This document shows, piece after piece, positions 1 to 7,222 of a DNA stretch of 15,777 bases. The DNA lies in the NCBI GenBank assembly GCA_041611735.1, contig JBFIML010000064.1, forward strand, positions 1-15,777, read 5' to 3'. Each line of letters begins with the position of its first letter. The stretch's first letter is position 1. Under the pieces are notes generated by a model that saw nothing but the letters and a program-made list of their open reading frames with translations, made no database searches and was not told the origin of the DNA. The DNA is from Myxococcota bacterium. Lineage in GTDB: Bacteria > Myxococcota_A > UBA9160 > PR03. The translations under genes and the position numbers were made by a program.

Positions 1-329
1 CACTCCACCGTCAGTTCGCGGACGCCAACCGCTACGAGCGGGGCACACCGGACGTGCACTGGTCGCCCTTGGCTGGCGGCATCTCGCCAGTCGAGCGGTC
101 CGGCGCCGCGACGCCCGATCCGAAACCTCGACAGCACGAGGACTTGCGCGGGCCTGCTCGAGCCAGCGCCGCGGCACGGGTCTTGCTCTCTCCGCGGATA
201 CCTCCCCCGGAACCGGGGGACGCGTGGGAACGACCGCCACCAAGCGACGAGAGAGCCCCTGAGGTGGCGTCCGCCGCCCTGCTGCTGGCCCGCCCGGGCG
301 GCGTGTCGCCTGCGGTACGATGGCAGCTC

Positions 330-1562
330 GTGGCGAAGCTCGGGCGCATCCGGAGCCGCAGGCGCGGCAAGACGGGCGTGCGGGAGTTCTACCTGGACTT
401 CCGACCGGTCGGGCGCGTTTGGACGAACCACGGCGTCCGGATGACGGACGAGGCCACGGCGAAGCGGCTGCTCGAGAAGATCCGCGACCAGGTGGCGGAA
501 GACATGTCGCTCGAGGAGGTTCTGGCGCGGTACCAGCCGGCCAGTGCGCCGACCAACCTGGTGCCGACCTGGCTCCAGCGGTGGATTGATCTTAGACGGC
601 GTGAGATGCAGGCGGGATCGCTGTCGCCGAACTTCGTGCGCGAGCTGGAGCGGCTAGCCGCGCCCGGCGGGCACTTCTCGTTCTTCGACCGGGTGTCGAT
701 CCACGGCGTGACGTACGGCCTCCTCGAGGACTGGAGCTTGTGGCTCGCGGACCGAAAGCAGAGCCCGAAGTCGCGGCGGAACTTCCTGGGCTATCTGCGG
801 TCCTTCCTGCGCTGGCTGGAGCTGCGAGGCGAGATCCCGAAGGCGCCCCGCGTACCGTCGGTGCGCGTCGACGAGCACGAGCCGCGCATTCTCTCCGTCG
901 TCGACCAGGACCTCCTCCTGTCGCACATCCCCGAGGCCGAGCGCGGGATCTTCCTGGCCCTGGCGCACCTGGGTCTGCGGCCTGGGGAGGCGCGGGCGCT
1001 GCAGGTCGCCGACTACCGGGACGGCTGGCTCCACGTGGACAAGGCGGCCAAGTCGAAGTCGGCGAGCGCCGAGATCCGCGGGACGAAGACCGGCAAGACG
1101 AAGCGTCTCCCGGTGAGCGAGGAGCTCACCGACTGGATCGAGCGGCACGTCGATCCGGCGGGCCGCTTCTCCGCGGCGCCCCTCTTCCCCAACCCACGCA
1201 CGGGACGGATGTGGCCGCACAAGGCGCTCCGGCGCTCCTGGACCCAGGCCCTGGAGCGGGCCGAGCTTCCGCACATCTCGCTCTACGAGGGCACGAAGCA
1301 CACCATGGCGACGGACGCGATCCGCCGCGGCGTGCCCGAGCGCGCCCTCCAGCGCTTCCTCGGCCACACCTCGGTCCAGTCCACGCGCCGCTACGCCCGC
1401 CTGGCCGACAACGCCCTCATCGAGGTCCTGCGAACCACGTCCCGGCGCGACGACGGACTTGGCGACAAGTTGGCGACAAGGGTTCCCGAACCGAAATTGA
1501 AGCGCCGCAAGGACTTGCGGGTGGGCCCTCCTGGATTCGAACCAGGGACCATCCGGTTATGA
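330..1562 (+). CDS. Tyrosine recombinase / phage-type integrase
   Basis: Catalytic-domain motifs LGLRPGEARAL (Arg I, codon 978-980), TKTGKTKRLP (Lys hairpin), YEGTKHT (at the H-x-x-R position) and LGHTSVQSTRRYA (His and catalytic Tyr, 1392-1394); core-binding-like segment SPKSRRNFLGYLRSFLRW; abuts a tRNA 3' end. The open frame starts at 54, but 54-329 is Pro/Ala/Arg-rich and not protein-like; GTG at 330 (MAKLGRIRSRRRGK) follows a TACGAT -10-like hexamer. Confidence 0.9.
   Translation: MAKLGRIRSRRRGKTGVREFYLDFRPVGRVWTNHGVRMTDEATAKRLLEKIRDQVAEDMSLEEVLARYQPASAPTNLVPTWLQRWIDLRRREMQAGSLSPNFVRELERLAAPGGHFSFFDRVSIHGVTYGLLEDWSLWLADRKQSPKSRRNFLGYLRSFLRWLELRGEIPKAPRVPSVRVDEHEPRILSVVDQDLLLSHIPEAERGIFLALAHLGLRPGEARALQVADYRDGWLHVDKAAKSKSASAEIRGTKTGKTKRLPVSEELTDWIERHVDPAGRFSAAPLFPNPRTGRMWPHKALRRSWTQALERAELPHISLYEGTKHTMATDAIRRGVPERALQRFLGHTSVQSTRRYARLADNALIEVLRTTSRRDDGLGDKLATRVPEPKLKRRKDLRVGPPGFEPGTIRL
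1459..1480 (+). repeat. Perfect 11-bp tandem direct repeat TTGGCGACAAG x2, candidate integrase arm-type binding sites
   Basis: 1459-1469 and 1470-1480 are identical and lie about 40 bp from the tRNA 3' end. The function is inferred from position. Confidence 0.6.
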
Positions 1563-1594
1563 GCCGGGCGCTCTAACCGCTGAGCTAAGGGCCC
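1522..1594 (-). tRNA. tRNA with CAU anticodon, most likely tRNA-Ile2 (lysidine-modified, reads AUA)
   Basis: Reverse complement folds as GGGCCCT-TA-GCTC-AGCGGTTA-GAGC-G-CCCGG-CTCATAA-CCGGA-TGGTC-CCTGG-TTCGAAT-CCAGG-AGGGCCC-A. It has a 7-bp acceptor stem with G1-C72, a TTCGAAT T-loop, discriminator A and C4-G69, and resembles ileX-type tRNAs. It is followed by CCC, not CCA. Confidence 0.92.
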
Positions 1595-1601
1595 CGGGCG
1601 C

Positions 1602-1610
1602 AGCGTAGCA
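1602..1610 (-). promoter_or_regulatory. Putative extended -10 promoter (TGcTACGCT) for the tRNA
   Basis: Minus strand TG-C-TACGCT, then a short all-GC spacer directly before the tRNA 5' end. Confidence 0.4.
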
Positions 1611-1630
1611 GCGAGGCGCGGGCCTCGGGC

Positions 1631-2809
1631 TCAGCGCCGGGGTCGGGAGCGGAGCGACGCGGCCGGCGCGCTCCGGTCGGCCGCCCTCGGGCCGCCCGCC
1701 CGGGCGATCTCGGCGCCGATGGCGTCCCACACGCGCTCGAACCGACGCGGATCGAAGCGCGCCCCGGAGGGCAGCCAGTCGCTGAGGGGCTCCCCTGGCC
1801 GATGGTACTGGCCGACCACGTCCAGGTGGTCCGCCAGCACCGCCCGCAGCAGCGCCCCGCGGAGCTGGCTGCGCGTCGGCACGATCCCGTCGTTGCTCCG
1901 CACTCCGATCGGGAAGGGGAGCTCGCTCTCCAGGAGCGCGTGCAGCTCGGGATCGGGCTCCGGGTAGGGATAGTGGCGGTGCGGCCGGGCGGCAAGGCCG
2001 TAGAGCAGCACGAAGACGAGACGCAGCGCCGCGCGCTGGGGCGGCAGGTCGCGCAGCCCGTAGCCGGCGGGAGGGCGCGGGGCAGCCGTGGCCACGCAGG
2101 TGTAGGAGACGCCGGGCCGATCGCTCACCGCCGCATTGAAGAGATGCATGGCCTCGGGGGTGAGCTGGAGGATGGCGCCCTGGTCGGAGCCGATCTCCCG
2201 CAGGTACTCCCAGATCGGGTCGTCCTCCTGGAAGCGGACGCGGCTCAGCACCTGATGGGAGAGCTGGTCCAGCGCGCCCCGCCGCCGGCCCAGCACGTCG
2301 CCGAGGCGCGCCAGGAGCCCGAGCGCCTGGGAGGCCAGGTAGAGGGTGCCGCGCCCCTCCCGCGAGGTGGCAAGCGCGGCGAGCAGCACGAGGAGGCTGC
2401 GGCCCTGCACGGTGGTGAGGAAGCTCGCGAGGGGGGTGCCGTGGTGGGGCGTCGCCACGGTAACCGCCGCACGCGTGAGGCTTGCGATCCGCTCCTCGCT
2501 CTCGTCTTCCGCGAGGCGCACGCCGGGCGTCAGCAGCAGCCGCACGTCGAGCCCCCCGGTGGAGTGGCCCACGAAGTAGAGCTCCTCGGCCTCGAGACCT
2601 CCGGACTCCAGCACCCGGCGTCGCAGCCGATCCGCCCGGCGCGGAATCGAGCCGGTGGGCTGCGTCGGGCAGGTCACGATGCGGGCCTCGCAGCCACGCC
2701 GGCGCAGGGACTGCTCGAGGGCCTGCTCCACACGGTGGAAGTACCGCAGCTCTCCGAGGGCTTCGAAGCCGAAGAAGCCCGGGACCAGGAAGACCAGCCG
2801 CTCCGCCAT
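1631..2809 (-). CDS. Lipase/esterase-family alpha/beta hydrolase
   Basis: Oxyanion segment LVPGFFG, nucleophile elbow VGHSTGG, ATPHHGTPLA, catalytic Asp in SNDGIVP and His in ADHLDVVG. No obvious signal peptide. Confidence 0.85.
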   Translation of the reverse strand: MAERLVFLVPGFFGFEALGELRYFHRVEQALEQSLRRRGCEARIVTCPTQPTGSIPRRADRLRRRVLESGGLEAEELYFVGHSTGGLDVRLLLTPGVRLAEDESEERIASLTRAAVTVATPHHGTPLASFLTTVQGRSLLVLLAALATSREGRGTLYLASQALGLLARLGDVLGRRRGALDQLSHQVLSRVRFQEDDPIWEYLREIGSDQGAILQLTPEAMHLFNAAVSDRPGVSYTCVATAAPRPPAGYGLRDLPPQRAALRLVFVLLYGLAARPHRHYPYPEPDPELHALLESELPFPIGVRSNDGIVPTRSQLRGALLRAVLADHLDVVGQYHRPGEPLSDWLPSGARFDPRRFERVWDAIGAEIARAGGPRAADRSAPAASLRSRPRR

Positions 2810-2892
2810 GCCGCGAGCCTAACCCAGAGCCGTCCGTGCCCCGTCCCGAGCTCTCAAGTCTCACGCCGGGGGGCCCGAAGAGAGTCGCGACC

Positions 2893-4035
2893 ATGGACAA
2901 GGCTCACCTGGACAAGCTGCTCGGCCACGGCGTCAAGAACGGCGCTTCGGACCTGCACTTTCGGGTGGGAACTCCGCCCGCCTATCGGATCGATGGCGTG
3001 CTGCGCAACATCAAGCATCCTCCGCTCAGCGTGGAGAACACCAACGAGATCGCCCGGCTGCTGCTGGGCGACCCCTCCAGGGTGGACCGGCTCGACGAGC
3101 TCCAGGAACACGACGCCTCGTATTCCCTGGGCGGCATCGCGCGCTTTCGGGTCAACATCTACCGCCAGCGGGGCAGCCTCTGCTGCATCCTGCGCGCCAT
3201 CTCGGGCTGCATCCCGAGCCTCGACGAGCTGCGCATTCCTGCGCAGGTGAAGCGTCTGGCGGAGGAGGAGCGCGGACTCGTCCTCGTGACCGGAGCCACC
3301 GGGTCCGGGAAGAGCTCCACCCTGGCCGCGATGATCGACCACATCAACCAGACGCGCGCGGCGCACATCCTCACCATCGAGGATCCGATCGAGTTCCTGC
3401 ACCGCAACGCGAAGTGCTCGATCAGCCAGCGCGAGATCGGCCCCGACACGGCCAGCTTCAAGACCGCCTTGCGCGCCGCCCTGCGCCAGGATCCCGACGT
3501 GATCCTGGTGGGGGAGATGCGCGACGCGGAGACGATCGACATCGCGCTCAAGGCCGCCGAGACGGGCCACGTGGTCTTCTCCACCGTCCACACGACGGAC
3601 GCTGCCAAGACGGTGGGGCGCCTGATCGGGGTATTCCCGGCCGACGAGCAGCATCAAGTGCGCCTGCGCCTGGCGGACAACCTGAAGGGCGTCGTGAGCC
3701 AGCGGCTGCTGCAACGGGCCGACGGACGAGGCCGCGTCGTCGCGGCGGAGATCCTGCGGGCCACCAAGACGGTCCAGGAATACATCAAGAACCCCGAGAA
3801 GACCGGCGGGCTCAAGGACGTGATCGAGAGCGGGACCGACGCCTACGGCATGCAGTCCTTCGACCAGCACCTGACCCAGCTCTACCGGTCCGGGGAGATC
3901 ACGCTCGAGGTCGCCAAGGCGGCCGCCACGAACCCCTCGGACTTCGAGCGCGCCTTGAACTTCTCGGAGAGCTCGTCGAGCGGATTCGATGAAGAGCGCG
4001 GCGATCCGCTCGAGCTCTCCGATCTGGCGAGCTGA
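2893..4035 (+). CDS. pilT: PilT/PilU-family type IV pilus retraction ATPase
   Basis: GASDLHFRVG, RFRVNIYRQRG, Walker A GATGSGKS, TIEDPIEF, LRQDPDVILVGEMRD (Walker B), STVHT His box, GMQSFDQHL. Start taken as ATG 2893 (MDKAHLDKLL). Confidence 0.92.
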   Translation: MDKAHLDKLLGHGVKNGASDLHFRVGTPPAYRIDGVLRNIKHPPLSVENTNEIARLLLGDPSRVDRLDELQEHDASYSLGGIARFRVNIYRQRGSLCCILRAISGCIPSLDELRIPAQVKRLAEEERGLVLVTGATGSGKSSTLAAMIDHINQTRAAHILTIEDPIEFLHRNAKCSISQREIGPDTASFKTALRAALRQDPDVILVGEMRDAETIDIALKAAETGHVVFSTVHTTDAAKTVGRLIGVFPADEQHQVRLRLADNLKGVVSQRLLQRADGRGRVVAAEILRATKTVQEYIKNPEKTGGLKDVIESGTDAYGMQSFDQHLTQLYRSGEITLEVAKAAATNPSDFERALNFSESSSSGFDEERGDPLELSDLAS

Positions 4036-4119
4036 GCGCCACTCGCGCTCGACCCCCGGCGGCTCGCCTGCTTGCTTCCGAGCTTGACGGCGGGAGCCCT
4101 TTCGTCCGACGCTGACTCC

Positions 4120-5676
4120 ATGGCCCGGCCTCTCGGAAGGAACCCCCGTGCCTGGGCCGCCGGACTCGGCCTGGCAGCACTCCTGCCCTGGGGGAGTTCG
4201 GCCGCCGGCCCCGCCCCGGGGCGGGTCTGCGCGGCGCTCTGCGCCGACGCCCGCTCGGCCTGCGTGGCCCCCTGCGTCGGCGCGGTCCTGGCCTGCCGGG
4301 CCGAGGGCGGCGACGCCTGCTCGCCCACCCTGGCCCGCGCCCTGTGGGGCCCGGCGGAGCTTCCCGCGCTGCTCCGCGGCCGGCCCGCGAACCTCTCGCT
4401 GCTCGAGCCCGGCGAGCGGGCGGTGGTGGCGGCGGCGGACGCCCGGGCCGAGGCGCTGCGCACCCGCACCCTGGTCCTGCACCTGCCGCGGCCGGGCGTG
4501 TCCGTGCGCCTGGTCCAGACCCGCCACGGCTTCCCCTTCGGCTTCCCCATCGACCTGCGCCGCTTCGGGAGTGCCGCCGACCAGGCCTTCTACGAAGGCA
4601 TCACGCGTGATCACTTCGATCTCGCGGTGCTCGAGAACACCGCCAAGTGGGCCCGGGTGGAGCCGGCGGCGGATCTGCGCGTTTACGACGACGCCGACGC
4701 GGACGTGGCCTGGGCGGAGAGCAACGGCTTCGCGGTAAAGGGGCACACCCTGCTCTGGGGGATCGTGCCGCCCTTCTCCCTGAGCGGGATCCCGGGCTGG
4801 CTGCGCCAGCGCTTCGAGAGCTTCCCCTTGACGCCCGGCCAGCAGGCGGCCCTGCGCCAGGAGATCCGGGAGCACGTGACGGACCTCGTGGCGCGCTACC
4901 GCGGCCGAATCTCGATCTGGGACGTGACCAACGAGACGCTCCAGCCCGCGGGCCTGTGGTTCGTGCTGCGCCTCGGCGACGAGATCGTGGAGGACGTCTT
5001 CCGCTGGGCCCACCAGGCGGATCCCGACGCCACCCTCGTCTTCAACGAGTGGATCACCGAGGTCTTCACCGGCTTCTTCAACTTCCCGACCGCCGCCCGG
5101 GTGCGCGACCGCGTGCTCGAGCTGCGCGCGAAGGGCGTGCCCGTGCACGCCCTGGGCCAGCAGTCGCACTTCGCGCCGGTGCTCGCCTTCGCGGGTTTTC
5201 CAGAGGACCTGAGCCGACGCACGCGCATCGACGACTACGCCGTGGCCCTCGACACCCTGGCGCAGGCGGGCCTTCCCGTCCACATCAGCGAGACGAACTT
5301 CATCGCGCCGGAGGCGCCGGAGGCGCGCGCCGCCCAGGCCGAGGCGCTGATGCGGCTTTGGTGGGGGCATCCTGCCGTGGAGCAGATCGTCTTCTGGGGC
5401 CCCTGGAACAAGGTGGCGGGGCGCGACGAGTTCGACGTGGGCTTCTGGGACGACGACGGGAACCTCTCGCGCCACGGCGAGGCGGTGCTCTCGCTGCTGA
5501 ACGATCGCTGGCGCACCCGCGTCTCGGCCACGAGCGGCGCGCGCGGGACGATCGGGCTCCGGGCGCACCCCGGCGACTACGTGGCCGAGTGGACAGTGGA
5601 CGGCCGCAGCGTCCACGCCCGCTTCCGGATGGAGGCGGGCGCCGGGACGGCGCGGGTCGTCCTCGTCGCGCCCTAG
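4120..5676 (+). CDS. Secreted glycoside hydrolase family 10 (endo-1,4-beta-xylanase-like)
   Basis: GH10 motifs ENTAKW, KGHTLLW, WDVTNE (acid/base Glu), LVFNEW, GQQSHF, PVHISET (nucleophile Glu) and FWG. N-terminal signal-peptide-like stretch (RAWAAGLGLAALLPWGSSAA); C-terminal beta-rich tail. Substrate not determinable from sequence alone. Confidence 0.82.
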   Translation: MARPLGRNPRAWAAGLGLAALLPWGSSAAGPAPGRVCAALCADARSACVAPCVGAVLACRAEGGDACSPTLARALWGPAELPALLRGRPANLSLLEPGERAVVAAADARAEALRTRTLVLHLPRPGVSVRLVQTRHGFPFGFPIDLRRFGSAADQAFYEGITRDHFDLAVLENTAKWARVEPAADLRVYDDADADVAWAESNGFAVKGHTLLWGIVPPFSLSGIPGWLRQRFESFPLTPGQQAALRQEIREHVTDLVARYRGRISIWDVTNETLQPAGLWFVLRLGDEIVEDVFRWAHQADPDATLVFNEWITEVFTGFFNFPTAARVRDRVLELRAKGVPVHALGQQSHFAPVLAFAGFPEDLSRRTRIDDYAVALDTLAQAGLPVHISETNFIAPEAPEARAAQAEALMRLWWGHPAVEQIVFWGPWNKVAGRDEFDVGFWDDDGNLSRHGEAVLSLLNDRWRTRVSATSGARGTIGLRAHPGDYVAEWTVDGRSVHARFRMEAGAGTARVVLVAP

Positions 5677-5686
5677 GCCGGATTCC

Positions 5687-6181
5687 TCACCCCGAGGCGT
5701 CGACCTTCGCGCCGGCCTCGGCGTAGAGGGCGTCGAGCCGGGCGCGTACTGCCGGCGGGACGGACAGGAAGCAGACGCCCATGCCGAGCTTGCGCTTGCT
5801 CAGGTCCCTTCCCACGTGGTTCGACACGACCCGGCCGGGAATCTCCAGCAGCTCGCCCGTGCTGGCCACGCGCAGTCGCAGGTCGATGCGCGTCCCCACG
5901 GGCTCCGGAAAGGCCGTGTTGATGAAGAGGCCGCTGCGCGAGACGTTGGTGACGACCGCGTCCCGGGAGCCTTCGGGGCCGACGACGCCGATCTTGAGGC
6001 GGATCGGGACACGCACCGAGTCGCGGCGCTCCCCACCGGCCGGCGGCCCGGACGAGAAGCGGCGGTCGAGCTGGGCGCGCAATGCCGCCCAGCGTGCGTT
6101 CTCGGCGACGCTCACGCCCTCGCCGGTGCGCTTGCGGTCCAGGTGGACGTACTCGCGGAAGAGCTCGGGCAGGCTGGCCAC
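5687..6181 (-). CDS. PilZ-domain protein (putative c-di-GMP receptor) with a short N-terminal helical extension
   Basis: RRDSVR (RxxxR) and NVSRSG (D/NxSxxG) motifs, GLFINT and GMGVCF strands; GAGGGGG RBS-like sequence before GTG. Confidence 0.85.
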   Translation of the reverse strand: MASLPELFREYVHLDRKRTGEGVSVAENARWAALRAQLDRRFSSGPPAGGERRDSVRVPIRLKIGVVGPEGSRDAVVTNVSRSGLFINTAFPEPVGTRIDLRLRVASTGELLEIPGRVVSNHVGRDLSKRKLGMGVCFLSVPPAVRARLDALYAEAGAKVDASG

Positions 6182-6277
6182 ACCCCCTCATCGACCGACC
6201 GGTGGCCAGGGTGAACGACGGGACCGCGCCGCCAGAGCCGACCCGATGCCCTAGCCTGGCTCCGGGAGGGGGTCCCC

Positions 6278-7222
6278 GTGTCCGCGCGCGAGCTGGTGGT
6301 CCTCGGCACCTCGAGCCAGGTGCCGACCCGGCACCGCAACCAGGGCGGCTACCTGCTGCGCTGGGACGGCGCCGGGATCCTGGTGGACCCCGGCGAGGGC
6401 ACCCAGCGCCAGATGACCTGGGCCGGGGTGGCGGCCAGCGCCGTCACCCACGTGCTGGTCACCCACTTCCACGGCGACCACTGCCTCGGGCTCCCGGGGC
6501 TGTTCCAGCGCTTCACCCTGGACGGGCTCCGCCATCGGGTCGAGGTCCACTTCCCGGCCTCGGGCCGGGCCTTCCTGGAGCGGCTGCGCGACGCCTCGAT
6601 CCACGTGGAGGAGCCGGAGCTGTCCGAGCACCCGATCGAACGGGAGGGACCGATCGCCCAGGCGGAGGGGCTCCGCATCGAGGCCCGGCGTCTCGACCAC
6701 ACGGTGGACACCTTCGGCTACCGGGTCGAGGAGCCGCCGGGGCGCAGCCTGCTCCCCGAACGCCTGGCAGCCCTGGGAATCCAGGGACCCGACGTGGGCC
6801 GGCTGGTGCGGGAGGGGACCCTCCCGGTGGGAGGGCGCCGCGTCACCCTGGAGGCGGTGAGCGTGCCGCGGCCCGGCCAGAGCGTCGCCTTCGTGATGGA
6901 CACCCGGCCGTGTCCCGGGGCCCACGCCCTGGCCCGGGACGCGGACCTCCTGGTGTGCGAGGCGACCTATCTGGCCGAGCACACGGAGCTGGCCCATCGA
7001 CGCGGCCACATGACCGCCGGCCAGGCGGCGGAGCTGGCGCGCGAGGCGGGCGCGCGGCGCCTCCTGCTGACGCACTTCTCGTCGCGCTATCGGACCGTCG
7101 AGGCCTTCCTCGAGGAGGCCGGCGCGCTCCACCCGGACGTGGTGGCTGCCGAGGACGGCATGCGCGTGTCCCTGCCGCCGCGCCGTCCCGGCGCCGACTC
7201 CCCTACAATGCGCCGGCCATGA
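6278..7222 (+). CDS. rnz: Ribonuclease Z (tRNase Z, metallo-beta-lactamase fold)
   Basis: LGTSSQVPTRHRN, DPGEGTQRQ, THFHGDHCLGLPG, flexible-arm exosite (LGIQGPDVGRL), DTRPC, CEATY, GHMTA, LTHFSSRY; GGAGGGGG RBS before GTG. Confidence 0.93.
   Translation: MSARELVVLGTSSQVPTRHRNQGGYLLRWDGAGILVDPGEGTQRQMTWAGVAASAVTHVLVTHFHGDHCLGLPGLFQRFTLDGLRHRVEVHFPASGRAFLERLRDASIHVEEPELSEHPIEREGPIAQAEGLRIEARRLDHTVDTFGYRVEEPPGRSLLPERLAALGIQGPDVGRLVREGTLPVGGRRVTLEAVSVPRPGQSVAFVMDTRPCPGAHALARDADLLVCEATYLAEHTELAHRRGHMTAGQAAELAREAGARRLLLTHFSSRYRTVEAFLEEAGALHPDVVAAEDGMRVSLPPRRPGADSPTMRRP

Larger units (their letters stand above)
1..1562. mobile_element. Boundary of a tRNA-targeting integrative element (prophage/genomic island) extending left beyond the window
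   Basis: Integrase converging on the 3' end of a tRNA gene is the standard arrangement at an att junction. The other att copy is not in the window, so extent and element type are unknown. Confidence 0.7.

Noticed and set aside
54-329. Integrase N-terminal extension, and the 32-370 minus ORF as an excisionase
   Set aside because: Low-complexity translations with no helix-turn-helix or other recognisable motif; a better start is at 330.
1522-1594. Initiator or elongator tRNA-Met assignment
   Set aside because: G1-C72 is paired and the three consecutive G-C anticodon-stem pairs of initiator tRNA are absent. The acceptor stem resembles ileX-type tRNAs. Elongator Met is not fully excluded without an isotype-specific model.
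1608-1617. GCAGCGAGGC upstream of the tRNA as another fragment of the hisF repeat (reverse complement)
   Set aside because: Only about 10 bp of mostly G/C sequence; expected by chance.
2854-5616. 920-aa minus-strand ORF (and similar shadows such as 7087-8988 and 1802-3250)
   Set aside because: Antisense to well-supported genes (pilT, GH10, glycogen synthase, lipase); no independent domain signal.
6082-7218. Long N-terminal extension on glycogen synthase (992-aa ORF)
   Set aside because: The extension is Gly/Pro/Arg-rich off-frame translation over rnz; GT3 similarity begins just after ATG 7219.
6278-7222. Functional link between RNase Z and the nearby CCA-less tRNA
   Set aside because: They are 4.7 kb apart in different transcription units, and RNase Z acts in trans; proximity is probably coincidental.
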